Source of the DNA: Ascidiella aspersa
Taxonomy: Eukaryota
Length of the DNA stretch: 64,000 nt
Reading direction: 5' to 3'
Assembly (NCBI GenBank): GCA_963924565.1
Contig: OZ004609.1
Span: 21,266,001-21,330,000, forward strand
Notes under the pieces: generated by a model
Database searches by the model: none
What the model saw: only the letters and a program-made list of their open reading frames with translations
What the model was told of the DNA's origin: nothing
Part shown: piece by piece, positions 34,050 to 45,821 of the stretch
Layout: each line of letters begins with the position of its first letter
Position numbering within the stretch: position 1 is the stretch's first letter
Made by a program: the position numbers and the translations under genes

Positions 34050-34979
34050 TTAAAAAGTGTGAATACCAAATGCTTTACGAATTTCCTCATTCATTATCCA
34101 AAAAATAACTGACCATGGTGCAATGCGGGACCAGATAGGCACAAATCCCTTGTAAAGGCTCAAAACACCTTCTTGCTTTAGGGTCTTTGTTAGACAATCA
34201 AAGGAGGAAGTATAAAACACACCTTTACCTTGTTTGTCTCTCGCTTGGTTCATCATGCGAGTCTTTATAACGTCAGCCGGTGTTCCTAACACTGCTGCAG
34301 CAAATCCACTACATGTGCTGGCAAGCATGTGGCAAACCCAATTGTCTTTTAAAGTGGACAACCTGAGAATATTTTGTTTTGCAACATCATAAGTTGTTAA
34401 ATTGCCAATGTTTACTAATGCAGCTCGTTGTACATTTGGCACCCAACCTGCCCATAAACCTTTAAGTCCACCACTCTTGTATGCTAAACATAGGGCATGG
34501 TTGACAGAATTTGTTGTATTATGAGTTACCAATTTCGCACAATTGGAATTTTCAAGTTGCATTCTTACTTTTAATAAGTCCATTGGGCTGGCAATTAGCT
34601 GCCCTACTGCACCTGAAATTGCCCCAACCAGAGCAGCTTTCCAAACTGGAAAAGATCCGTCCTTTCTTCGTCCAAAGACGTCATCCCGCAACTTTTCATA
34701 AAGTACTGTCCTTATGCTTGTGTAAATAATATGCCTGTAAACGGCAGGCTGTACCCCACTCCACAACTTTGTAATTCCCTCTTTTGTCACAACGCTGTAG
34801 GCTGTTCTTATCATTCCGTGTTTTTGCAAAAAAGCTCCATGCCCGTTGGATGCAACCTCGCCTTGAACCTGAAGTCTGGTTTTGGTTAAATCCAGTGGAA
34901 AAGTCGCACATTCTGCAATGGCGGAAGCGCCACCAGAAGCACAGAGCTTCAGCAGTATAGTTCTTACTTCATCTGACAT
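34050..34979 (-). CDS. SLC25A27: Mitochondrial uncoupling protein 4-like carrier, divergent tandem copy (309 aa, intronless CDS)
   Basis: Three carrier signatures [24 protein letters not shown]; UCP4-type [13 protein letters not shown] and [16 protein letters not shown]. Confidence 0.9.
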   Translation of the reverse strand: MSDEVRTILLKLCASGGASAIAECATFPLDLTKTRLQVQGEVASNGHGAFLQKHGMIRTAYSVVTKEGITKLWSGVQPAVYRHIIYTSIRTVLYEKLRDDVFGRRKDGSFPVWKAALVGAISGAVGQLIASPMDLLKVRMQLENSNCAKLVTHNTTNSVNHALCLAYKSGGLKGLWAGWVPNVQRAALVNIGNLTTYDVAKQNILRLSTLKDNWVCHMLASTCSGFAAAVLGTPADVIKTRMMNQARDKQGKGVFYTSSFDCLTKTLKQEGVLSLYKGFVPIWSRIAPWSVIFWIMNEEIRKAFGIHTF

Positions 34980-35550
34980 CCTACTGAAAAAAATGTTTTG
35001 ACCATCTATTTAATTCCAGGGTAATTAGACGGCCTGATTCTGCAAGTAATTTACAATAAAGTATTACATCTCCAACATAAAAACGCAAATAAACGGGTAA
35101 ACGTAACTTGAACTCCCTTTGGCACAACACAAGGAATACCAGCGCCCAACAAACGTTTGACAGACATGCAGAGCTTATGCCCCAGTCTCACGCTTACTAC
35201 ATTCTGTTGTCCACGCATGGATGATTATAGCCTTTGTAGACTAGATCATATAATACTAAATATATTATATAATATGCCAAAGTCTCCACAGAAATGCATT
35301 TAAACCAAGGCCAACAACGGCTATAGTTGTTAAAGCCGTAACCTTTTTTGATACAAATTTATAAAACAATAAACTTAATTTGCCAAAGTGTATTATAGTT
35401 ATACCTAACCAATGGGGCCAGGTTGCAGGCCAAAACCGAACTCAAAAAAGGTCACTGAGTTTGGAAAGCCAAAGCCGCGAAAAACACTTGATAGATTTTA
35501 ATGAGAGCTGGTAATTATTAGGCAAACGCGCATTATAACGGTATAACGAC

Positions 35551-35880
35551 CAGGGCTGCGGAGTCGGACTCGGGACTCGAGTAAGACCACGTAAAACTAC
35601 CCGAGTCCCGAGTCCGACATGCGCATGCGCAGTACCAAATTTTAAAACTAATATGGCGGCCAAGTGGAATTGTAAAGGTGGAATATTTTCCAACCATGTA
35701 TTGTGAGTGAGTGAATTTTACAACGCCTCTATAAGTGGATTGCTGAATATCCACGTTATTTTAGTTACGTAAATTGGCGGAATACAGGCTGTAGAGTCAG
35801 GGCCGGACTCGGGACTCGACGAAATCGCACATTTGGCCGGAGTCGGACTCGGGTTATTTTTAACCGACTCCGCAGGCCTG
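35551..35880. mobile_element. MITE with GAGTCGGA subterminal repeats
   Basis: Termini CAGGGCTGCGGAGTCGG / CCGACTCCGCAGGCCTG; flanks ATAACGAC / ATAACGCG (6/8); related reversed copy at ~43880-44362 and fragment at ~1005-1070. Confidence 0.8.
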
Positions 35881-36853
35881 ATAACGCGGCAACGTTGATT
35901 CAATCAAAATCTTAAATGAATGATTTGATTTAAACATTTGGCGATGTACTTCTCCACTTTCTATTTTACACGAAGCTTTGTGATTGTAATGACTACCGGT
36001 TCTACGGTATGCAATCCAGTAGTCCACTTTGTAATTCACATCGTCGCTAACAAAAATACTGTCGTAAGTCCAAATTTATGGTTTTGAGCATTTTAATGTT
36101 TGTGTTGACAAAACAGAATAAGTTTAATATATAGGCTAATATTAAGTAATACACACTAAAAGTAGTCATACCATTTAAATTTCTTAGTTACGACAGTTTT
36201 TCATAATTGAATTATTCTGTTTAGAAGAAGTTTCGACACTTTCCAACCACTCACTATAACTCCTTTGTTTTATCGGGGTGGTTTAACTTCCGAAATGGCC
36301 AACACGAACAGAATCCCATGATATTCCACACCCCTTTGTTCTGTTTTCGACAGTTTTCCCATCGTTGCGCTACTAAACTCGGCGTAAGTCGTTAATATGG
36401 TTATTTTATTAAACGGTGGTAACTTTATAAAAAAGGCACACAAAATCCTAGAACTGTCGTAAATGGACACATACAACACTGTTATGCAATTTTATAAGAA
36501 ACAATTGCATCTACTAGACTTTTAAGAAATTCGTCATATCTCGAGAACTAAAGAAGCTAAAAATACGACACTTTTCGCAAAAAACGTACAAAAATCGAAA
36601 AAAAAAAGTACAAAAATCGAAAATTTTTTGGACAGGTTTTGTTATTAGCGACGACATACATTATTTGTGACTATACGTAAACAAAATTTATTTCCAACTT
36701 CAGACCTGTAATAGCAAAATAGCTTTCGAAACTGCAACTATTAATTAAGACGGCAACTTTAACTTTACAACGTACCACAGCAGGTGATTTTAACGTGACA
36801 ATGCCACAATTGTTTTAAATTTGCGTATAGCGGCATAATAGCGCGTACAAATC

Positions 36854-37275
36854 AAGGGTTGCCAGTTTGGATTTTTTAAAGCCAAATTTGAAAATTTAGG
36901 CTTTTTTGAACCTCTTGGGATTTTTTATTGTCAAAAAAAAATCCAAATGAAATTTGGCTTTTTAGGCTTTTTTTGTTTCATTCCAAAATTTCATGAGTTT
37001 TATGTTAAGAAGAGATCAAACTATCACAAAAAGAGAAAAATTGCCCCAAAAAATGTACAAAAAGAGATAAAATGCCAATAAATTTTACAAAGCGACAAAA
37101 AATTGAGAAAAATTGCCACAAAAAGACAAATTCAATGTACAAGCATGATTGTTTATTTTATTTTCATTAATTTAAGGAAAAACATAAGCTTGTTAAAGTT
37201 TGTAGTAGATTTGGCTTTTTTTGGCTTTTTTTTAGGTGAGTTTGGCTTTTTTATTTTTTCCATCTGGCAACCCTG
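36854..37275. mobile_element. MITE with AGGGTTGCCAG / CTGGCAACCCT termini
   Basis: 11-bp perfect inverted termini and multiple internal TTGGCTTTTT subterminal motifs; TSD ambiguous (AAATC on both sides). Confidence 0.65.
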
Positions 37276-40200
37276 AAATCAAACCCAAACAGCATAACGT
37301 CCGAACGTCGAATAACATCTTTGGGTTTTTCACAGCATGTTGATTTGAAGAACAACTTGGCGAATGACTTAACAACATGGTAGGCCCTACATGGCTTAGC
37401 ATAATAAGAATTTTATTATGTCAAATAAGACGCATATATAACGGATGGAATAGCTACTTGCAGATTTTAACAACATGTCGAATGTAACGTCCACTAACCA
37501 TTTTAATCGTATATAAGTAGAGCATGTTATATGAAACTCTAGATTGTAATGGCTATTTTTAACTTAAATGACAAGGCGATGAAGGCCAATACTAAAACAT
37601 CTTTTAGAATTTAGCAATTTTCAGTAAATTAGAGTGGCAATATACAAAAAAAATATTGGCTGCTTTTAAAATGGCAACATTGTAGGCTACAAAAGGGTAT
37701 TTTAAAAATATCAGTATTGTTTTAAGTTTGGTGTGTATTGTATAAAATCAAACCGTCGTGTATCATATTTTGCGCTTCAAGAAAAAAAATTAAAGAAATA
37801 GCAACATTCTGGACGGGGTATAGCTTTTTGATTTTGACAACATGTCGAATTTAGAACGTAACTAGTGGATCGTGTCTATAAGTTAACTGTTTTATTGGCA
37901 GTTTTTAGAATGAAATGACAAATTTGACAATTGAATGTCAGCATAACTAAAGGAGCAGAATTTTTAAGATTTTCGAGAGATGTTTCCCAACTAACTCAAA
38001 ACAGGGACAACCAATCCGCTGCAAAACAGGAGCGCCCCAAAAGGCGCCGTCGAAACTAGGGCGGCCGATGAAACCGCCGATGCCAGCCCGACGGCCCCGA
38101 TCGTGCCATGCCCCTCCATTAATTTTTGTCGTTATTTTCACCCTTAAGGTCTTATTCCGATGAATTTAATACGTATTCCAACGGGTCTTATTCAGACGAT
38201 TTAGATCTTATTCTGTCGTGGATATTACAAAAAAAATAATCGCCCTAGTCATTTTACAACACTAAAATGTGCAACTGAAAATAAGAAGGCGGCAAACGTA
38301 AAATATTGCGTTTCGTTCCTATTGTTATCTACGAAACTAACGGTTTTATTGTAAAGCACGGCGTCTTCCGTCAAGAGAAATTTTCCCAGCATTGGGTGAA
38401 ATAAGTTGACCTTATGCAGTTAAACTGGGCACACGTAAGTTAGGAGTGGGGCTTATACGCTTTGCCTCAATTCTGCGATTATAATTTTAGCTTACTTCCC
38501 TTTGGTTATAAAGGAAAAATCTGCGAAAAAATGGTGACTCCATACCGACGTTAAACGAATTACTAGGCAATATGCCAGATGCTTTCTCGCTCGAATCAGA
38601 ACTAACGAGTAGGCTAGAGTGTCCATCGGAACTGTTTTAATATCACGGCTAACATCAAATGAATCTGTTGATCATACAATTATTACCAACTCAAACAACT
38701 TCATCCATTATCGCGATTCGTGTTCTTTCAGTTTTGTTTGCAAGTCAAAATCCCAACATTGCTTTCGCAGCTTCGGAAATGCCTATTTGATTAATCGACA
38801 TGATTGAATGAATTTTCAATGGACATAATCGGCTACAAAAGTCATATAAATGTGTGTTGAAAAAAATTAGATAACGAAAGATTTTTGTCTTGGAACCTTT
38901 ATAAAATTACCATATTAATGAATATTTTATGTGGACAAAGACAATAAGTTAATTGAAAAGTATAAATCCTTCTGCAAATATAACATTTTATTTAAATGTT
39001 ATATTATTTTCTATCCGGAATACAACTATTTTATTGCATTAATAACGGGAGTAACAAAATAGATTTAGCCATACATGTAAAGCATGTCTAAAGCGTTTAA
39101 ACACTAAAACAAAGTACATTTGACCACATTTCTGCCACAGTTTTTTTTTTTTGGAAAGTAGTTGACTTTAAACACTAGGTTTGTTTTTTGCTTTAAAACC
39201 TACACAACACCGAAAGTAATCCATTTAATTTTACAGTTTAAAATATTGCACTGCACATGCCTGCCAGTCAATTTGTTAAAAGAGGTAATCATTATTGTAA
39301 TAATTGTAAAGTAATAACATGAAGCACGACAATAACTCAAAAGAACAAAGACAAAGAGTATAGCACCACTGCATAAGTAAACATACATACATCTGACTCG
39401 ATGTCACATTAGCTGTCAGGCCTGCGGTGCCAGCCTCTCACAAGCGTTGCCTGATTGTCTTAAGTGTGACATTTGCTTGCTTAAAAGCAAGTTCAGAAAC
39501 CAATAAGGCCACACACAGTAAATTGTAAAGGTGGAATAGCAAATGCTTTGAATATTTTTTACCACTAATATGTGGGTGGGTGAGCTGTTTGACACCCCAA
39601 TGAGTGTATTACTATTTATTTACCATTTTGGTTGGGAATGAAGTCTGTTAATTTGGCTGGGGTTGAACTCAACTTTTTATCGAATAGAATTAAACTTTAG
39701 TCATTTTAAATTGCTCCGCAGCTCTGTTCAACAACGGCAAACGGGATTGAAAGGGTATAACCATATAACACAAACATTTTTGGTTATCAAAGGCACTTGA
39801 AGCAGTATAAGCAAAAACAGTTGAGAATGTATATAGCTTTTTATGGGATCAATATATATTAAGGTGACAATTGAAGTCAACATAAAATCACAATTTTTAA
39901 GAAAGCAAATAACATACATTTAAAAACAAATCTCCTGCTACAATGGAACTTATTGATCTTGAGTGATGAAGGTAGGCAGCACAAGATAATTTGGTAGATT
40001 TGTCAGTTCTAGGTTAAATAGTTAAATAAATGAATTTAAATTTTGAGATAGAATTTACACAAAAAAGTATTATTTCCAATACATACATTTAATGCAAAAT
40101 AAGTTAAAATTAATTGCCATCTATTTTTTGCCTGGTTACTTAGTTTGGCCCCCATTACCGCAATCATCTCACTTCTACAGCACAAGCACATTTTTGTATG

Positions 40201-40449
40201 TTCCCCCCAAAATTATTGAAAAACTAATATTTTTACACCCAAAATTTCTTGGAATTTATTTTTCTGTGTAATCCCGAAATAGGTTAAGTCTACTAAACTA
40301 AGTATATCCCACTAACTAGTAAAATACAACACAATCACATTCCAAAGTAAACAGTGCTTTACCTAACAAACCTATTGAAGGAATGCCTTTCCAACTGCAG
40401 TACCCTATCATGTCAACTTAATTTAAATATGTTAGGTTGTAATTAAAAA

Positions 40450-41376
40450 CTAAAAGGTTGCCGTACCAGTAACCTTTCGAATTTCTTCCCATGACAACCA
40501 AAAAGTTAGCGACCAAGGTGCCATTCTAGACCAAATTGGAACAAAGCCTTTGTATAGGCTGAAAAATCCTTCTTTTTTTATTGTCTTCATTAGACAATCC
40601 AATGAAGACTTGTAATAAAGGCCTTTTCCATGTTTATCTCTGGCTTGATTCATAATCCTTGTTTTGACAACATCAGCAGGTGTTCCCAATGTAGCGGCTA
40701 CTAATCCACTACAACCACTTGATAATCCATGACAGATCCAATTATCTTTCAACGATGTGTTCCGTAACAATGATTGCTTGACAGTATCATAAGTTGCCAA
40801 GTCACCCATGTTAACAAGAGCCGCTCTTTGAACATTAGGCACCCATCCAGCCCACAAGGCTCGGATTCCTCCAGCTCTAACTGTAGTTTGCAAAGCATGA
40901 GAGACTCCCAGGACCCTTGGTTGTTTGCCCTCCATGATTCGCTTTCCATCCATTTGCATTTGCACCTTTACCAGATCCATAGGACTTGCGACAAATTGGC
41001 CGACTGACCCAGCTAACAATCCGCCCACTACAGCTTTCCACAAAGGAAAAGAGTCATCAGTATTACGGCCAAGTATATTGTCTCTCATTTGTTCATAAAC
41101 ACCCATTCGAACACCTGTGTAAATAATGTGCCTATATACTGCTGGGGGCAAACCTTGCCAAAGTTTTCTAAATCCCTCCTGTTGGACAACATTTACTGCT
41201 GTTCCTACCATTCCCCGCTTAACAATAGCTGTAGGGTTGCCATAAGAAGCTACTTCACCTTGAATTTGCAAACGCGTTTTAGTAAGATCAAGTGGAAAAG
41301 TGACAGATTCTGCCACCGTCGCAGCAGCTGCAGAAGTTGCATAGTTAATTGAGATTGCTTTTAATTTATCAGGCAT
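40450..41376 (-). CDS. SLC25A27: Mitochondrial uncoupling protein 4-like carrier, conserved copy (308 aa, intronless CDS)
   Basis: [80 protein letters not shown] match UCP4 closely. Confidence 0.95.
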   Translation of the reverse strand: MPDKLKAISINYATSAAAATVAESVTFPLDLTKTRLQIQGEVASYGNPTAIVKRGMVGTAVNVVQQEGFRKLWQGLPPAVYRHIIYTGVRMGVYEQMRDNILGRNTDDSFPLWKAVVGGLLAGSVGQFVASPMDLVKVQMQMDGKRIMEGKQPRVLGVSHALQTTVRAGGIRALWAGWVPNVQRAALVNMGDLATYDTVKQSLLRNTSLKDNWICHGLSSGCSGLVAATLGTPADVVKTRIMNQARDKHGKGLYYKSSLDCLMKTIKKEGFFSLYKGFVPIWSRMAPWSLTFWLSWEEIRKVTGTATF

Positions 41377-43879
41377 TTTGAAGCTTTAGCGTCCCATGCT
41401 GGAAATACTATTAGCCATACTCCTATACAAAACAAGGTAAAGTTTCATGAATATTTTAGCATCGTTAATAAACAAATACCAAAGTTATTGTTTTTATTTT
41501 AAAATCTGTGGTAAAGTCTACTAAACATTCAGAAAATAATTACTTGCATTTTTAAACTTTTGGAAAGCTACTATTTGACCAGCCTTAGCGAACCATATGT
41601 TAGTAAAACAACAGAGGTTGCACTATCAGTTAATACAAGGCAATGCCTCAGTAGATATCCTAACTTAACCACATTTTTTTACTTTGTGTAGTCCCCTTTT
41701 ACCTGCAAAAATACTTCGAATCAATTACCCTCCTTCAGTTGCCTAAAAGCTGTATTAAATCAACAAGTACATAGGGAAACGCCCACTAACTTGGCCAGTA
41801 GAATTCAGCGTTCCTACATACTCGGCTTTAGGTTATTGATTTACATCTGTTTTCAATATTTAAAAATTATATTACACGGATGCGTTGTTTAACAAATTCC
41901 TTTATAACAAGATAATTTTTTTTTTTCTTGTTAGCTGATTTGCTGCAGCGTGCAGCCTGTAGATATAGAAACATACAACACTCGCGGAACATTTTTTCCA
42001 AAACAATAATTAACAATCTCCCTAATATACGGCACTGCAATAATCTCGTGACGTATGCTCTGATATTATCAATTATTTTATGAATACTGTTTGAGTCTCG
42101 ATACATGTGTATTTTTAAGACTACAAAATAATTTTACAAAATAAGTAAGTGCAATTTTTTTCGCTCTTCAAGCGAACATCTTGCGCTTGCCCCCCCGCGC
42201 CATGCCCCCCCCCCCCCTCTCCGGCGTCCCTGGCTATGTGGCATATTGCGCCGTGTGACTTATAAAAGCGCTACAAAGGTATTTGTTTATTAAATGAGAC
42301 TAAAGCTTTTTTCGATTTCTAAGATTATGTGTTTTATGACGTAATTTTGTGACTTCATTCGTTTCACGTAGTTGGCCAGTAGTTTTGTAAGAGCACTTTG
42401 GGCCGCGACAAAAAAGTCTCCCGACCACTGCCATACAGGATGGAATTTCTGTTAAATTCGACTATATATTTTATTAAATCAAGCAATATGGGAATCTCTT
42501 TACATTTATATCGAAAATGTTAATAGTTTAAACCGATTTTTTTCGGGCTTCGCGATATTAGATGGCATTTCACCTACATATTAGCTCATAAGTTCGCTCG
42601 AGAACAACTGCTGATTTAAAGACAAATTTTGTTATGACGACACCCCCAAACAAAAATCCTTGATGCACCCTTGCACGCTATGGTCATTAAGTGTCGCGCC
42701 ATTTGCTGTAATGTCTGTTGGGACGCGCACCGATCTTAAAGAACCTTATCAGTAGGCCTTTATAAACATTCGTGTTTGTTTTTATCAGTACATATTCTTA
42801 GTAAAACATCATGAGCAAACATGTAAGAATAGGCTATATGCCATCTTATTGTGTCTTATTATGATATCAAGCGTAAAAGAACCTTATCAATATTTTGGAT
42901 ACAATCCTGTTTGTTTATTCTTGTAAAATTTTGTTTTATCAGAACACGTACATTCTGTGTATTACAGTGCGCATAAGCAAACCTTATCAATTTTAAATTA
43001 GGCTGCTATTTTTTAACCTTACAAAAATTTTTTTTTTGGCTTTGTGAAGGTTTTTTTTTTAATAACTTCTTTTACTGGCACAAAACACCGAAATACGTAA
43101 AAATATTTAAACATAAAGGAACTATGATTTAGGGGAAACGGAAGGTTATAGTCTAGGTCTGGCTTTTACTTTGCAGATCCCTACTCGCTATTTAAACTTT
43201 ATAGATTTATTGCTAGAAGTATTATTATGGGTAGCTTATCGCGGAAAAGTACAAACAAGCTGGCCATATGATAACAAACGTGATGGCTCCAGTTTTTTGT
43301 GTCTATTCGAGGATTGTACTTACTACTCAACAAGAAGGTCGTCGTAACGCAACTATAACTATCTTTGCGAAGTTAGATTCTTGGATCTTGCGTGTATAAA
43401 ACAAATCCACAAATCGTCTTGACGTATGTACCCTAATGACATTCGCTTGGCTCAATACAAAACAGAGCCGAAAAAACAAAATACCTTGGCGGAATACTAG
43501 AAAAAGCTTTTTAAGGAATACTATAACCAAGTAAATTAAAAGTAAATATTTGTTACTTTATTAGAAAGTAAGTAAGTGCAGTTATCTTTGGACTTCGTTT
43601 AATGGCTATAGGCCTATTTGTTAATAAGGTGGAAAAATAAAACATGCGAAAACACGTAAATGCAATGCTAGGTATTTTTATAAGCAGGGGGCCACGAGGG
43701 TTCAAATCCTATCAAAGGGGCCACGAAGCATAAAAGGTTGAGAACCACTGGTCTAGGATATAGGCAATTCTAAAACTTTTCCATCAATGATTATTGTAAG
43801 AATATATAGGCCTACACCATATTGTTGTGATAGGATTGGATGCATTGTTTGAATTTGAACAGTGCCCCTTTTACACAAT

Positions 43880-44362
43880 CAGAGTCCGACTCCGGCCCCC
43901 AAAATTAACCCGAGTCCGACTGCGGTCTAACGTGCGATTTTGTTGTGTCCCGAGTCCGGCCTTGACTCTACAGCAGGGGTCGGCAACCTACGGCCCGCCA
44001 ATGTAATTCATCCGGCCCGCCGCCTCTTTAACAAATAAGACACAAGTCCATTTCAAATACTCGTTAACTATTTTAAGTATAGCCTACGTAAATGCGAAAA
44101 ATTTTCGCGCTTCGCGCGATTGATCTTTCTACATCCACTTTGTTTACGTTTTGAAGCTGTTTTTGAACAGGATCAGCGCTTCTTTTACACTTCTACAATT
44201 TCCAGTTGGCGGCCATATCAGTTTAAAATTTGGTACTGCGCATGCGCATGTCGGACTCTGGACTCGGGTAGTTTTATGTGGTCTTATTAGAGTACCGAGT
44301 CCGACTGCAGTAAAACAAAACCGAATCCTCGAGTCCCGAGTCGGACTCCGACTCCGCAGCAC
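43880..44362 (-). mobile_element. Reversed copy of the GAGTCGGA MITE, interrupted by a hAT fragment starting at 43974
   Basis: 44200-44360 is the reverse complement of 35551-35680 (GGTACTGCGCATGCGCATGTCGGACTC); CAGGGGTCGGCAACC terminus inserted at 43974. Confidence 0.7.
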
Positions 44363-45821
44363 AGATTTTCAATATGTTGACGCAAAATAAAGTGGTTATA
44401 TTTGAATCCTAACTCAATTTTCCTAAACGCCGTGAAAATGATTCATTAAATGGTTATATACGAAAATCCACTGCCTACAAATGACCCCTTGGAAATATTC
44501 TCACGAACACCTAAAGGAATTCGAGATCCTTAGGTTTAAAACACTGCTATTCCTTGAAGGAGTAACATATAAATCATTAGATAAAAAAACATATATCACA
44601 AAAACTAGTTTACAGTAGATGGGGACACCCTGTTCTATTTTACGCAGCCTTTATCACCGTATAAAGAAGGGTATGCTGACTGCCTAACTAGCTTCTAGAT
44701 AAATTAATGAAAATGTTGTATAACTATAAGTCTGGTAGGTCGTAGTAAGAATATTAAAGCCCATACCGACGAAGGTATTATTTTGAACGCTTCAGATAAC
44801 TCTTCGACCGCCCACTGATAAGGTGTTTTGCTAAAACGATGGCTACCATGATGGAGTACTTCAAATAATAAGCATGACTTCGCGCTTGGTACGTCGATGT
44901 AATTGCGATGTCCCGACTCAGGCAACGTACGTTCCATTTGAAACAACCTGAATTTCCCTATACGCAGTAAGCACATAAATAGATAACAATGCGTTCGAAC
45001 AATGCGCAAAAATGCATACATTACGTTTATCTTGTTTAAAAAGTTGCACTGGTGTTACTCACGCTACAGTGACCATTTAGCTAAGATGTATAGAAGTTGC
45101 AATAACTTAATAATTTCGCAAAAAATGCATTTTGGTGAGAGTTTGAGTCCACATATCCCTGTAGGCTGTGGATATATAGAAAAGCTAAATATATTACGAA
45201 AACAATAAACATACCATGAAGCAGGCCCGATCAAATTACGGCCCGCGCGCCAAGCCATTTAATGCGGCTTGCGGTTCATTTTCCCGAAAACAAAATTAAC
45301 TTGAAAATAAATCAGTCTTTTCCGCGCTCACAACGCAAAAAATATTTTTTTGCGCTTGACAACACTTCTTCAAGTCTATCCTAACACCTGTTTTTATAAA
45401 AACGCTCATTATTATGAAGTTGGGAACGCTCAAAAGTATAAGCTGGTCTTTTATGTTTAGTTATAACTGTGGGGGGATTATTATTTTTATTAGAGGAAAC
45501 AAATCAGAACTTTTTCGTAAAACAGAGTTATTTTGCAGCGTTTTATGCACTAAGTATTATATTACGGATTTTAAATTTGAAACCACTTTAGATTACTTCA
45601 TTCTTCACTTAACACGCGGAAAATTTCACAAGTTACGAATCACGATAATTAAAGCTTGACGGCTTTCAAAAAATCGATATACCGGTACAGTCCTCAAATA
45701 TTTAAATCAATAAATTCAAGTGATTGTAAGTTGAGGGTTAAAAGTACAAGACAAACAATTTTTTTACTTTGTACTACCCTCCTCATCTCATATATATAAT
45801 AAACTTTTAAAGTATCTACAA

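Noticed and set aside
35551-35880. CRISPR-like array from repeated GAGTCGGACTC motifs
   Set aside because: Irregular spacing, both orientations, bounded by TIRs: transposon subterminal repeats in eukaryotic DNA.
18124-41376. Functional mitochondrial gene cluster (mito-LIG1 next to two UCP4s)
   Set aside because: Genes are convergent with no shared promoter; adjacency alone is not evidence.
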